This document shows, piece after piece, positions 32,154-42,161 of a DNA stretch of 64,000 bases. The stretch comes from an uncultured virus (IMG/VR IMGVR_UViG_3300011691_000001). Taxonomy: Duplodnaviria > Heunggongvirae > Uroviricota > Caudoviricetes. The notes under the pieces were generated by a model. The model saw only the letters and a program-made list of their open reading frames with translations. It was not told the DNA's origin and did not search any database. Positions within the stretch are counted from its first letter, which is position 1. Each line of letters begins with the position of its first letter. A program made the position numbers and the translations under genes. The DNA is taken from IMG/VR virus record IMGVR_UViG_3300011691_000001. The stretch is one strand, 5' to 3'.

Positions 32154-34709
32154 TCAAACATTCGCCCTAGAATTTCGCATTCTTTCTCTTGTTTTTTCTC
32201 TATTAATATTTATAGCACATTCGGCACAAAACTTAACTCTGTTATTAACTGCTTCAATTCTAACTCCACAAGATTCACATTGTTTAGTACCTTTTAAATT
32301 TTGGCGAATGTTTGAGACTAAGATATCACCATAACAATCCCATAATGTTGATTTGTTAGGTGATTTTGAATTACCGAAGAGTTCCTTAACTAGCACATTT
32401 ACGATTTTATCTTTATTAGGTTCAATCTTTGATAATTCATTTATTATGCATTTATTTACATACAATAAACCTTCATTTCTATCTTTAATGTTAGTATCTC
32501 TAATTAGAAATTTCTTAGAACGATCCAATTTACGATATGTCTCTATAATCTTTCGATTAACATAGATAATGTCTTCACTCATTAATAGTCTATAATCAAA
32601 ACTACCTGCAATTGCTTTGAACTTGATATTTCTATTAGGAATTATCTTTCTTAGTCTATTAACTGTACTTATTGTAATATCCGAAACATTATCTTTATCT
32701 TTGTTTTTAGCCTCAATAAAGAAATATGGTACTTTACCTTTAATGCTTTTCTTAATTTTTTCTTCTACTTCCTCTGGACGTTTAGGCATATACAATGTTT
32801 TAGCATAATCAATAATGTAATTATTTTCAGCAGTAAGCCATTTCACAACATCTAAATCAATTTCTTTATCTGAATTAAATATTTTGGTTATATTATTACT
32901 AACTTCTCCAATATTAGCTTTAAATGCTAACAATAAGCTGTCGTAAATCTTTGTGTTATCAATTATTTCTGGTTCAGCAGCACCCATTTTATAATAAAGA
33001 GGGTAGATATCTTCCATATTTCTTTTTGCAATAGTAACAAATAAATCATCTTGAATTACAAGAGCTTTATCACCATCGTTATCGAATTGTAGAATTTTCG
33101 AAATTGGATCATGAATACTAGTATATATCCCATTAGTAATAAACCATTTATTCAGTCCAACTTCCTTTATTACATTCCGTACACAATGTTCTTTATATAA
33201 GTGAGGGCTTCGTAAAATATCCACTTTACCTTCATCATATACATTACAAAATACATCACCATTTGATAATAACCCCGTAGGATTATTCATACCTAAGAAT
33301 AATCTTTGACAAAATGCATATAAGTCAGGAATTAAATAAAGATAACGTCCATTTATTCTTAATTTACCTGCTCTTGCATCGTTGACCATAGATTTTTTCT
33401 TATCTTTTATAACTTTTTTAGAATGCTCATCATTTAATAATTCTGGATAGAGGGTGAGTGCTATTTGGAAATGATTTTTCCTTTTATTCGCATCAGTAGC
33501 ACCTAAAATTCTCAACATAGTTTCTTTATCATTACCAACTTTCAAAATGTCTTCACTAGTAGCTTGAGATAGCTCTTTTAATTCCTCATTTGATATATCA
33601 GTTAATGTCTGTAGCATTTGATAATTCAAAGTAGCGTTCTCACCAATATCTTCTTCATTCAACTTAACAGCTTGACATTTGTTTTCTTTAAATCTTCTTT
33701 TATAATCGTTCCAATTATCATAATATGCTTTCATTTTAAATTGAGATTTAGTGAAAATAACTTGAATATCATCTTCAATGACATCCCATTCCTTACCGTA
33801 TATGTCTTTTACTTTAGTATTACCATGTAATTTAGCAAACTCGTCAAATGGAAAGGGAACTAATAAACCTTTTACATATGGTAGCCTAGTCATAAAAGCT
33901 TTTTTTGATTTTCTAGGAAGAATCATCCCACAACCATCAGTGTGTTCAATTGGCACATTCATTTCTTTACGAGTAATCTTATAGGTATCTCGATCAATGT
34001 AATCAAAGATGGAATTAACTTTAGTTTCTAAGTCAGGAACGACAATGGCTTTATCTATATCAAAACCATTCCATTTAATGCTTGCAGAAGCAGTTAAAGC
34101 TTTATATGCTAGTAATTTATTTACATTGCAGCCACCTTTACTATTAATCTCATCTATACTCAATCCACAGGTTAAAGATCCTTCATACTTGTCCCATAAT
34201 GATTCTTTTATAAAGACCACCTTTTTAGTCCTTATTTGACCTGCACTAGATGAAAAATAAGTATATTTCTCACCATTGTAAGTAAAGCCGTCTTCCATAA
34301 TGTTATTTAGCACACTAAAGTAAAAAGCTCTTACAATGAATAAATCCGTTGATAAACTATCTACTTTCATTCCAACAGTCCTAGTTAATGCTGAATCAAA
34401 CATTCCGATGATTTTATTATCACTTAAAGAATCAACTCGTAAATCTCTAATGCCTTTAAAATCATTAAGATGTGAAATTAATTCTTTTTTATAATTATGT
34501 ACAATTTTATTAATACTCTTTTTTGTTTTAATTAATCGTTCTTTCCGAGTAACACGAATATCTTTTTTCTTTTTAATCGCTTTATCTAATTTACCTCTTA
34601 ATATGTATAACCTAACTAATTTTTTATGTATTTCATGTTCAACATCTGTATAGAAGCTTTCTGTACCAATACTATAGATATAAACCTGTTTTTCTAGTGC
34701 ACTTACCAA
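32154..34709 (-). CDS. yonO: Single-subunit two-barrel RNA polymerase
   Basis: 851 aa; QFDNDGD catalytic motif, LRSPHL, TDGCGM, SSAGQIR; synteny with HU. Confidence 0.93.
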   Translation of the reverse strand: MVSALEKQVYIYSIGTESFYTDVEHEIHKKLVRLYILRGKLDKAIKKKKDIRVTRKERLIKTKKSINKIVHNYKKELISHLNDFKGIRDLRVDSLSDNKIIGMFDSALTRTVGMKVDSLSTDLFIVRAFYFSVLNNIMEDGFTYNGEKYTYFSSSAGQIRTKKVVFIKESLWDKYEGSLTCGLSIDEINSKGGCNVNKLLAYKALTASASIKWNGFDIDKAIVVPDLETKVNSIFDYIDRDTYKITRKEMNVPIEHTDGCGMILPRKSKKAFMTRLPYVKGLLVPFPFDEFAKLHGNTKVKDIYGKEWDVIEDDIQVIFTKSQFKMKAYYDNWNDYKRRFKENKCQAVKLNEEDIGENATLNYQMLQTLTDISNEELKELSQATSEDILKVGNDKETMLRILGATDANKRKNHFQIALTLYPELLNDEHSKKVIKDKKKSMVNDARAGKLRINGRYLYLIPDLYAFCQRLFLGMNNPTGLLSNGDVFCNVYDEGKVDILRSPHLYKEHCVRNVIKEVGLNKWFITNGIYTSIHDPISKILQFDNDGDKALVIQDDLFVTIAKRNMEDIYPLYYKMGAAEPEIIDNTKIYDSLLLAFKANIGEVSNNITKIFNSDKEIDLDVVKWLTAENNYIIDYAKTLYMPKRPEEVEEKIKKSIKGKVPYFFIEAKNKDKDNVSDITISTVNRLRKIIPNRNIKFKAIAGSFDYRLLMSEDIIYVNRKIIETYRKLDRSKKFLIRDTNIKDRNEGLLYVNKCIINELSKIEPNKDKIVNVLVKELFGNSKSPNKSTLWDCYGDILVSNIRQNLKGTKQCESCGVRIEAVNNRVKFCAECAININREKTRERMRNSRANV

Positions 34710-34755
34710 ATAATCAACTCTCCTCTTCTATATATTATTATATGTATTTAATATA

Positions 34756-34938
34756 TTAAAAACTTGTGTTATGCCATTTCTTCATACTTTTCAGTACAAA
34801 TCCCAATTGTTCTCTTGTGATCTTCTTATCTTGCTTGATTGAATAGTAGACATCCTCCTCAATAGAACTAGTCATCTCCATTTGTACCATTTCCTCTAAA
34901 TAGAATAAAACATCCTCTTTATTAAATTTTGTAGTCAT
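34756..34938 (-). CDS. Small protein upstream of RNAP (YonP position)
   Basis: AGGAG RBS; synteny only. Confidence 0.55.
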   Translation of the reverse strand: MTTKFNKEDVLFYLEEMVQMEMTSSIEEDVYYSIKQDKKITREQLGFVLKSMKKWHNTSF

Positions 34939-35282
34939 ATAAAATCTCCTTTTAATTTTATTTTTATGTATTTATTAATATTATAATGTAAAAGTTGGGG
35001 AAGTGACAGTCAAACTAAAAAATAATTTTTAATATCCACTATATGTATAGTATTAATCTAATAAAAACGTTAAAATCTATATGTTGGCAAAATTTGTATT
35101 GATTTTTTGTCGAATCATGTAGAATTATGTAAAATCTGAATGGCTTTGCTAGGTATTATGGTGTATATTTAAACTGTAAGATAAATGTTTGAATGTATAA
35201 TTTATGTAAGTAAAGGTAATTTTATTGTAATTAATTGAAAAAATACCAGTATTTAATTCTGAGAAAGGTGGAGTAAAAGTAA

Positions 35283-35483
35283 ATGAAAGAAATAAAAACT
35301 GTTGAATTATATGAAAGTGAATCTGTAGACTCAGCACTATTATTAATAATAAGTAAGTTATCTGTAACTCAACCTGAAGAATCGTTGAGGTTATTAGCTA
35401 TGTGTGCTAAAGATGATGTACCTAAGAAAAGTGTATTAAAGTATGCAATTGGTATCGTAGAGAATGGTAAGTATTTAAGTTAA
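35283..35483 (+). CDS. Hypothetical small protein
   Basis: GGTGGAG RBS, 66 aa. Confidence 0.6.
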   Translation: MKEIKTVELYESESVDSALLLIISKLSVTQPEESLRLLAMCAKDDVPKKSVLKYAIGIVENGKYLS

Positions 35484-35644
35484 AATAGTATGTCAAATTT
35501 ATAACTTAAATAATAAATAAATATCATAAGTTATGCGGTATGAATACTTAACAATAGAATAATGAATAGTTTTTGAACTCGAAAAGACGATAATAGAGAA
35601 AATCATCATTAGTCGATTGACTATAAGAATCCTGCTGCTACAAC

Positions 35645-36078
35645 GTAGTGTTTATAAGGGATTTAAGATGAGTTATCGTTGTTTTTCGAGTTATTTTGTG
35701 TTCAGTTAAATCAATTAAAAAGTAGGGTAATATTCAATGTTAATAGGAGATTTATATGAATGAGGAAGATCAATGAAATATTAGTCGTTACAAGTTAATC
35801 GTAATATCCAATGTTTATAAGTGTTTTATGCTGATTGGAAGATAAAAAGTAAGGGAAATGAGTGTGGGGTGACAAAAGTACTATAGGTTAATATTCAATG
35901 TTTATAAGGGAATTGAAGGTTAAGTACGATTACGAAAACGAGTATGAGCAGGGTAGTATTTAGGTATAAAGTAATGAAATTATACATGCTGTGTGGATGG
36001 AAGAGGTAGGGGTGATATTGGAGCAGCTAACAAACTTTAAAATGTAAACATACCCCCTATATTCAATGGTGATAAGGA
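35645..36078 (+). repeat. Five spaced imperfect direct repeats AATATTCAATGTTTATAAGGG
   Basis: Copies at about 35645 (partial), 35729, 35803, 35890, 36058. Confidence 0.75.
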
Positions 36079-36152
36079 TATAATGTATATTATTTTACCT
36101 ATAATACCCACTTATTTACAGTATATTCAGCACTAAATAAGATGAATAAAAG

Positions 36153-36166
36153 CAAACAAATGTTCT
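36153..36166. promoter_or_regulatory. LexA (Cheo) box-like site CAAACAAATGTTCT
   Basis: 2 mismatches to CGAACRNRYGTTCG; nearly identical to site before yolD. Confidence 0.45.
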
Positions 36167-36270
36167 AAATTAAATAATGTATAACTAAATATTCCACTTA
36201 TATTTATCTGTTCTATTCGTTGTATAACAGCAACCGTTCAGTCGAAGACTTTATATTCATTATTCTTACT

Positions 36271-36298
36271 TGTGGATATGTTAATAACCTGTGTATAA
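36271..36298. promoter_or_regulatory. Two DnaA-box-like sites
   Basis: TGTGGATAT (1 mismatch) and TGTGTATAA (matches TTATNCACA on - strand). Confidence 0.45.
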
Positions 36299-36503
36299 CT
36301 ATCTGTAATATATATTTATCTATGTAATGTTAAACTAAAAAAGTAGTAGCAAGTATATTTCAACTCACTACTACTCACACTATAATATTTAATTTCACTT
36401 TTAATTACTTATTATGTATTTATTTAAAAAGTTGTCCCTTTTTAGTCACTTAATAATTATATATAGTGGGTAAGAACGTACAACTTTTTAAAATTAGTAA
36501 AAT

Positions 36504-37568
36504 TTAAATTCCATCAATATTATTTATATCTATTAGATTATTGCTGAGGGTATTTATGTTGTCTATATAGTCATCATTTATCCTGTGAGTTTTATCATCA
36601 TATTCCTTCAATAAGTCAATAGCTTTCTCATACCTGTTAGTTGCATTCTTATCAATACGTATCATCACCTTCAAATTAAGTAAGTCTTGTATCTGTTTGA
36701 CCTTATGATGATTCAATACCTTATACTTTTGTCTTGCTAATTCATGAATGTTATAAATAAACTTATTAGCCTTATAAAATTTAACGATACTCAATCGATC
36801 CAACACTAATTTATTTACTTGCTTATAATATTGATTACCTAATCCTTTTCTGATAATTTGCCCTATGTTATCACAACTAAAGTCATCTATTAATGTTCTT
36901 CTTTCAATTCCTAATATTGTTTCAGATTCTTCTTTAGTGGCTTGCCTATAATCTATTTTAGGTTTAATAGGTTTGCTTTTAAAAAGACCAGTATCTGTAT
37001 CATAATCAAATACATCATTTACATTCTCGATTTTAGGTATACTAATGTGATTAACCATATATACACTTTGATGTAGCATTAACTTCTTATTCTCTAAGCT
37101 TTTTATTACTGTATCTATTGCACCTTTGAATGTTCCGTTTGTAGTGTCATAGAAGTCAACTATGTATTCTACATCCATATTTAATAGGACAGATAACTTT
37201 TCATTATCCATGAAATACTTATGGTAGTTAGGATTAATCATACATAATTCCAACATGAGTTTACTATCTGAGATAATCATGTCCTTATTTTTAATCATCA
37301 TATCTATTAGAAGTAATTCCATTTCTTCAATGAAAGGTAAAAGATTGTGTTTTCCTCTATTATCAACTTTACTTTTAGCTTCTTCATATACTTCTGTAAT
37401 TGTAAATTTATTTCCTTCCTTAATCCAACTGAAATACCTTTCGAAATCAATCATTTGATAAGTCTTACTATTACCACTCTTAATTTTTACATCAAGCGCC
37501 TTACATAATTCTTTATAATTCTTGAATACATCTCCAACCTTAATATTATCTAATTTAATATTTATCAT
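36504..37568 (-). CDS. Hypothetical protein, possibly DNA-binding
   Basis: 354 aa; KNYKELCKAL...GNSK N-terminus; next to repeat region. Confidence 0.6.
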   Translation of the reverse strand: MINIKLDNIKVGDVFKNYKELCKALDVKIKSGNSKTYQMIDFERYFSWIKEGNKFTITEVYEEAKSKVDNRGKHNLLPFIEEMELLLIDMMIKNKDMIISDSKLMLELCMINPNYHKYFMDNEKLSVLLNMDVEYIVDFYDTTNGTFKGAIDTVIKSLENKKLMLHQSVYMVNHISIPKIENVNDVFDYDTDTGLFKSKPIKPKIDYRQATKEESETILGIERRTLIDDFSCDNIGQIIRKGLGNQYYKQVNKLVLDRLSIVKFYKANKFIYNIHELARQKYKVLNHHKVKQIQDLLNLKVMIRIDKNATNRYEKAIDLLKEYDDKTHRINDDYIDNINTLSNNLIDINNIDGI

Positions 37569-37756
37569 TTCCTTTCTAATTTAAATCTAACGAATATGAG
37601 CAGTACAACTTTAAAAAAATAACTCAACTCATAATACCAAGACCTTTCTTATATATTTATATAATTATAATAGAAATAACTCATAACTGACAGTAACAAT
37701 CAAAAGAGAGCAGCTTAAATTTAAATTAGCTGCTCAAAGTATCGTAACTTTCATAT

Positions 37757-37942
37757 TTAACTTTCCCTTGATCCAATCACCGTAATTACAACTCTAACTA
37801 TAAATACAATCACAAGTATTCCGTACAATACAATTACTACCCAATCAAATGCATTTAAATTTTTAAAATCAATCCATTGATACATCAAGAACGACATGAA
37901 TAAGATAAAAAATAAATTTAGATAACCGATTTTCTTTAGCAT
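37757..37942 (-). CDS. Small two-TM membrane protein (YoyJ-like position)
   Basis: Two hydrophobic segments; downstream of toxin-like ORF; terminator hairpin about 37706-37735. Confidence 0.65.
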   Translation of the reverse strand: MLKKIGYLNLFFILFMSFLMYQWIDFKNLNAFDWVVIVLYGILVIVFIVRVVITVIGSRES

Positions 37943-38002
37943 ATTTTAAGTGAGTATGGTAATATTATTATCAATAGGGAAGGGGAATAAATCCCCTCCG
38001 AC

Positions 38003-38161
38003 TTACTTTCGACGACTTTTCTTCTTTGGCTTTTGGTAGGGCTTAGAAGAGGGTCGTTTTTTGCTTGTCCTCATGTCGTGTATGTCTTTTAAGGAAGAGG
38101 TGATTCCTTTTAAGATTGCTACGACCGAGCCTGTTATCATGATAATGTGCTCAATATCCAT
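38003..38161 (-). CDS. Type I toxin-like peptide (YonT-like), 52 aa
   Basis: MDIEHIIMITGSVVAILKGITSSLKDIHDMRTSKKRPSSKPYQKPKKKSRRK; GGAAAGGAG RBS; TTGCAC-17-TATAAT promoter. Confidence 0.7.
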   Translation of the reverse strand: MDIEHIIMITGSVVAILKGITSSLKDIHDMRTSKKRPSSKPYQKPKKKSRRK

Positions 38162-38386
38162 ACTACACTGTGTCAACTCCTTTCCTTTAATATAATACTA
38201 TTATATACCATAATACACAAAAGTGCAATACTATTTATGTATTTATTTAATTATAAAACCTTATAATATACGCATATTAAGAATGGAATAGGGTTGTGAA
38301 ATTAATCGAAAGTAGGAGAGTTGTAGGTTTCGATTTGTATAATGTGTTTGAAAAGATAATAAAAGAACGTGAAGCATCTGGTGCAC

Positions 38387-38584
38387 TCAAGGAAATAACT
38401 TATTCAACTCTTTATTATATTCATTGTTACACTCTAAGCTACAGTATCCCATATATCTATTATAATAACCTACAATTATATTTCCGCAACATTTACAATT
38501 ATCATACCGTTCTATTTCTGTTTCATTTACCCACTTTCTAATCTGTTTCTTTCTTTGACGTTTATTCATATTATCATTCCTCAT
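38387..38584 (-). CDS. Small Zn-finger-like protein
   Basis: C..C...YCS..C. Confidence 0.55.
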   Translation of the reverse strand: MRNDNMNKRQRKKQIRKWVNETEIERYDNCKCCGNIIVGYYNRYMGYCSLECNNEYNKELNKLFP

Positions 38585-38891
38585 CTTCTTCGATTGTCAC
38601 ACTGCAACCATGTTTATGCATATTAATATCAAGTGATCCACAATATTCACATACTACTTCATCAATAATTTCAGATGCGTACAAAACCTTGTCGTACTTA
38701 ATCATACTTGTTCTTCCTTTTTCATTTCTCACTCTAAGCATAGAACCTATAGTCGCATACACTGTAAGAATATCGCCTCTCATATACGCACCTTCTATAT
38801 GAGAGTTACACTGTGCTACTACTTTAACTTTACCACTGTTTAACTTTTCTTTATGTCTAGGCAATATAATTACGTTATTTATATTAGGCAA
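38574..38891 (-). CDS. Hypothetical protein (SH3-like + CxxC)
   Basis: GGAGG RBS, coupled ORFs. Confidence 0.6.
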   Translation of the reverse strand: MPNINNVIILPRHKEKLNSGKVKVVAQCNSHIEGAYMRGDILTVYATIGSMLRVRNEKGRTSMIKYDKVLYASEIIDEVVCEYCGSLDINMHKHGCSVTIEEDEE

Positions 38892-39450
38892 CCTCCTTTC
38901 TCATTTGCCTTTTAATTTTAGCTACTGCTTTTTTAATTTCCATAGTGTCATAGTATGAATAGTTTTCATTTAATTTAAGGAAGTAATTGATAATAGTACT
39001 GTAACGTTTCACCTCTACCATTTCACCTTCAATAGTGTAATAGTGACCATATCCACTTAAAAAGTTAAAACGTGCGATCCGTGTTTCCCATCCATATTGA
39101 TCTAATGTATAAATATTTTTGATTACTTCATCTTCTGTTTCTTCAGTTGTAACTAATTGTTTATTGTATAATTCAGTTTTTACTATTTCCAATTCAGTAT
39201 TAACCTCAATATTAACAGACGATTCATCTTTTACCATTTCAACTTCTGAATCAGACAGTCCGATTTCAATCGTTAATTCCTTTTCTAGTTTAGTTAATCC
39301 TTCATCAATACAATCCATTGCTTTCTGATTCCATTCTTTATGGATTTCAGATGGTAGTGATTCATGTTGCATTAATAGTTGGTTGTAAAGTGTTTCTAAT
39401 TCAATCTTCTTTTCTAACAATGAAGTTTGAGTTGTCATTTTGGTTTCCAC
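38884..39450 (-). CDS. Hypothetical protein
   Basis: 188 aa ORF in leftward operon. Confidence 0.65.
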   Translation of the reverse strand: METKMTTQTSLLEKKIELETLYNQLLMQHESLPSEIHKEWNQKAMDCIDEGLTKLEKELTIEIGLSDSEVEMVKDESSVNIEVNTELEIVKTELYNKQLVTTEETEDEVIKNIYTLDQYGWETRIARFNFLSGYGHYYTIEGEMVEVKRYSTIINYFLKLNENYSYYDTMEIKKAVAKIKRQMRKEVA

Positions 39451-39536
39451 CTTTGTGTTTATGTATTTATTTAACTTAAATACATTTTAACACGCCTTTT
39501 GTTTATTGTATATACTATTTATTTATTTAATTAAAA

Positions 39537-41027
39537 TTAAATAGCATTCTTAATGTATTGACTTTCTAAATACATTACGTACTTTTTAGTGTCTGTTAAC
39601 TTATTATTTGTTTTCATGCTATGAACTTCTTTGCCTGTAGTACGTTCAAATATTCGGTAACAACCTGCCATCTTCATAAAGAAATAGTTAGGTGATTCAT
39701 AAGAACGTGTATTATATTTATAACCGTAATACTCCAATTCACGTTGTTTAGTTGCGAATGAAAGGGAAGTACTATCTAGATTATTAATTGCATGTTCAAT
39801 TGCTTGTTTAGTTTTGTAAGCTTCATTTTTCTTAAATTTATTTTTATATTTTTCAAGTATCGATTTTTGCTTTTCTAACATTTCTATAACTTTACCCAGT
39901 TTATTGTGTAATTGATCTTGCTTTTTATTGTAACGAGTAATATTCAATCCACTACGACCAGTAATGTGCCATCCTGGGTTGACTGATTTTTGGTATTTGT
40001 AATTGTTTAACTCTCTTGTATAACGCTCACAAAAGGTATTAAAACCATTAATGATTGTATTTTTACTGTAATTACTATCAGCCATTTCGATAACTTCTTT
40101 TGTATTTTCTAACAAATTAGAAAGTGTAAGCTGTAATTGTTTCGTTTCATATCCTATGCTTTTTGTTTGCATTAAGCTATTATCAATCAAACGCTTTTCA
40201 GTTTCTTCATTAATTTTATATTGGGTAATATCAACTAGTTCCGATAATTCAATTTCAAACGTTTCTATAGTCTCTGCAGCTTCAATATTTCCACTTGATA
40301 ACGTTTCAGCTAGTGTTAATGTATTTTCATTTTGTTTAGCATACCAACATTTATTGAAACGTGACCACTTGAAACCGTTTGATTTAAGTTGAGTTCTAAT
40401 TTCCTCACTAGGTTTGTCAGTGAAGTATAACTCAACTCCGTTTTTCTTATCATTTAACTTCATTGTTATAGAATTGCTTACAACTTCAACTGTTTCGAAC
40501 TGAATAGTTGTTTCTGAATCTTCAAATTCATTTACAACACTTTCAACTACTTCATTTTCCTCAATTTCATCTAATCCAACCATTGATAGGGAAGGGAAGG
40601 AGTTAGCATCTGAATTACCTAAAATTGATTCAATAACCTTAATTACGTTTTCGCTACATTCTAATTTGTTAGCTAGTGTAAGCATATATTCATTACTTTG
40701 TCTGATTTTCCATCGTGAAAACATTGCGTCAAACCAGATGATAGCTTCATTATAATAGTCGATAATATCAAAAGATGATAATTCAATAATTTCAAGATTT
40801 GTCCCAGCATTAATCATTTCATGAGAATAATCATCATAGTAACTGAATGTATTCTTCTTGATATAACCTTCTGCTCCACGTTTTGTTTTGCTGAAGTTTT
40901 CAATTCGATCACCGTCAACAACAATAAAAAACTTATTTCGGTAACTATTTTCAGTTGCTTTGATTGCATAGTCTACATTTGAATTAATTACTTTCATAAA
41001 GTTTACTTGTTTCATTTGAATTACCAC
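39537..41027 (-). CDS. Multidomain early protein with polyvalent-protein-type domains
   Basis: GVELYF.DKPSEEIRTQLKSNGFKWS....W module; PGWHITGRSG motif. Confidence 0.55.
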   Translation of the reverse strand: MVIQMKQVNFMKVINSNVDYAIKATENSYRNKFFIVVDGDRIENFSKTKRGAEGYIKKNTFSYYDDYSHEMINAGTNLEIIELSSFDIIDYYNEAIIWFDAMFSRWKIRQSNEYMLTLANKLECSENVIKVIESILGNSDANSFPSLSMVGLDEIEENEVVESVVNEFEDSETTIQFETVEVVSNSITMKLNDKKNGVELYFTDKPSEEIRTQLKSNGFKWSRFNKCWYAKQNENTLTLAETLSSGNIEAAETIETFEIELSELVDITQYKINEETEKRLIDNSLMQTKSIGYETKQLQLTLSNLLENTKEVIEMADSNYSKNTIINGFNTFCERYTRELNNYKYQKSVNPGWHITGRSGLNITRYNKKQDQLHNKLGKVIEMLEKQKSILEKYKNKFKKNEAYKTKQAIEHAINNLDSTSLSFATKQRELEYYGYKYNTRSYESPNYFFMKMAGCYRIFERTTGKEVHSMKTNNKLTDTKKYVMYLESQYIKNAI

Positions 41028-41117
41028 CTTTTAATATTATGTATTTATTTAATTTAAATCCTTGGATAAAAAGCATATATTATTTAAAGAAGAGTAGGGG
41101 AGATTAATCTCCCGAAC

Positions 41118-41570
41118 TTATTTTGGTAAATGTACTGACTCTAATACTAAACGTCCTTTATAGTAGGCATCTTCAGGCGTTAAAAATCCAGATTTATAAT
41201 GTCTTTTACCTTTAATTGTTATCCAAGCACGATAGCGTACCTCTTTAGATTTACGAGTGTAATACTTACTAACTCCTCTAAATCCAGTTGTACTATCTTT
41301 TCTAGGTTCTTTTTCTTTAAAGAGTGGCTTTACAATACCATTAACTCTTTTATTATCATACTCTTCTCTTAAGTTTTTTAATTCAGTATCTTTTTTATAG
41401 CATCCACATGATTGCGTTTCTCCATTTTTTAAATAACTACCAATTTTATCAATGATTTCACCACAATCGCATTTACATATCCATACAATACGATTATTTT
41501 TGTTGTAGTCAGCACGTTTTATGACAGTCAACCTACCAAAACGTTTACCTGTTAAATCAATTAGTTTCAT
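41118..41570 (-). CDS. AP2-domain DNA-binding protein
   Basis: DLTGKRFGRLTV..CKCDCG..SCGC; TGFRGV..YRAWI.IKGK. Confidence 0.8.
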   Translation of the reverse strand: MKLIDLTGKRFGRLTVIKRADYNKNNRIVWICKCDCGEIIDKIGSYLKNGETQSCGCYKKDTELKNLREEYDNKRVNGIVKPLFKEKEPRKDSTTGFRGVSKYYTRKSKEVRYRAWITIKGKRHYKSGFLTPEDAYYKGRLVLESVHLPK

Positions 41571-41593
41571 TTTTTATACCTCTAAAAGATAAA

Positions 41594-41761
41594 CTATTCT
41601 TGTACTTTTAAAGAATTGTAATCATAATCTTCGCCATCTGCCCAAGCATCAAGATCAAATTCTGTTAAATTTAGCAGATCCTCTACGCTCATTGAATGAT
41701 TGGATACAATCTCTGTTAATACCTCAACATTGTTTTCACTGTGCACATAAACTAATTTCAT
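41594..41761 (-). CDS. Unannotated 55-aa acidic protein
   Basis: GGAGG RBS; MKLVYVHSENNVEVLTEIVSNHSMSVEDLLNLTEFDLDAWADGEDYDYNSLKVQE. Confidence 0.75.
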   Translation of the reverse strand: MKLVYVHSENNVEVLTEIVSNHSMSVEDLLNLTEFDLDAWADGEDYDYNSLKVQE

Positions 41762-41928
41762 AATGTCATCCTCCTAAAATTTAGTATATACTTTTATCTT
41801 ATCGTACTTAAAATTTAATCACAATAAACAATGTAGGTTTATATCTGGCTTATTTACTCTGATTAAATTTTAATAATTCTTTTTCTTAATTCTTATTATA
41901 CACTACCACATGTAAAATACAATAGTTT

Positions 41929-42087
41929 TTATGTATTTATTAAATTAATTTTTGTAAGAATAAATAAGAGCATTAAAATTGATATAGCGTTGACTGATAA
42001 AGCAACCTTATAAAATGATACTTTGTCTTGTTGATCATCTTCAGGTGTCCAGAAATAATTGTCAATAGCAGCTATACATTTTTGCAT
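41929..42087 (-). CDS. Unannotated 52-aa protein with C-terminal TM helix
   Basis: GAGGTG RBS; MQKCIAAIDNYFWTPEDDQQDKVSFYKVALSVNAISILMLLFILTKINLINT. Confidence 0.55.
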   Translation of the reverse strand: MQKCIAAIDNYFWTPEDDQQDKVSFYKVALSVNAISILMLLFILTKINLINT

Positions 42088-42161
42088 CAAGATCTTTTCA
42101 CCTCACTTTATTAATGGGGCAGGGGACTTCTAATGATATGGTTATATTACTTAATTAATTC

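Noticed and set aside
35645..36078. Spaced repeats as a CRISPR array
   Set aside because: Repeats are short, degenerate and non-palindromic; spacing is long and irregular; no cas genes
38296..38541. 81-aa + strand ORF
   Set aside because: Overlaps a better supported minus-strand operon gene; poor RBS
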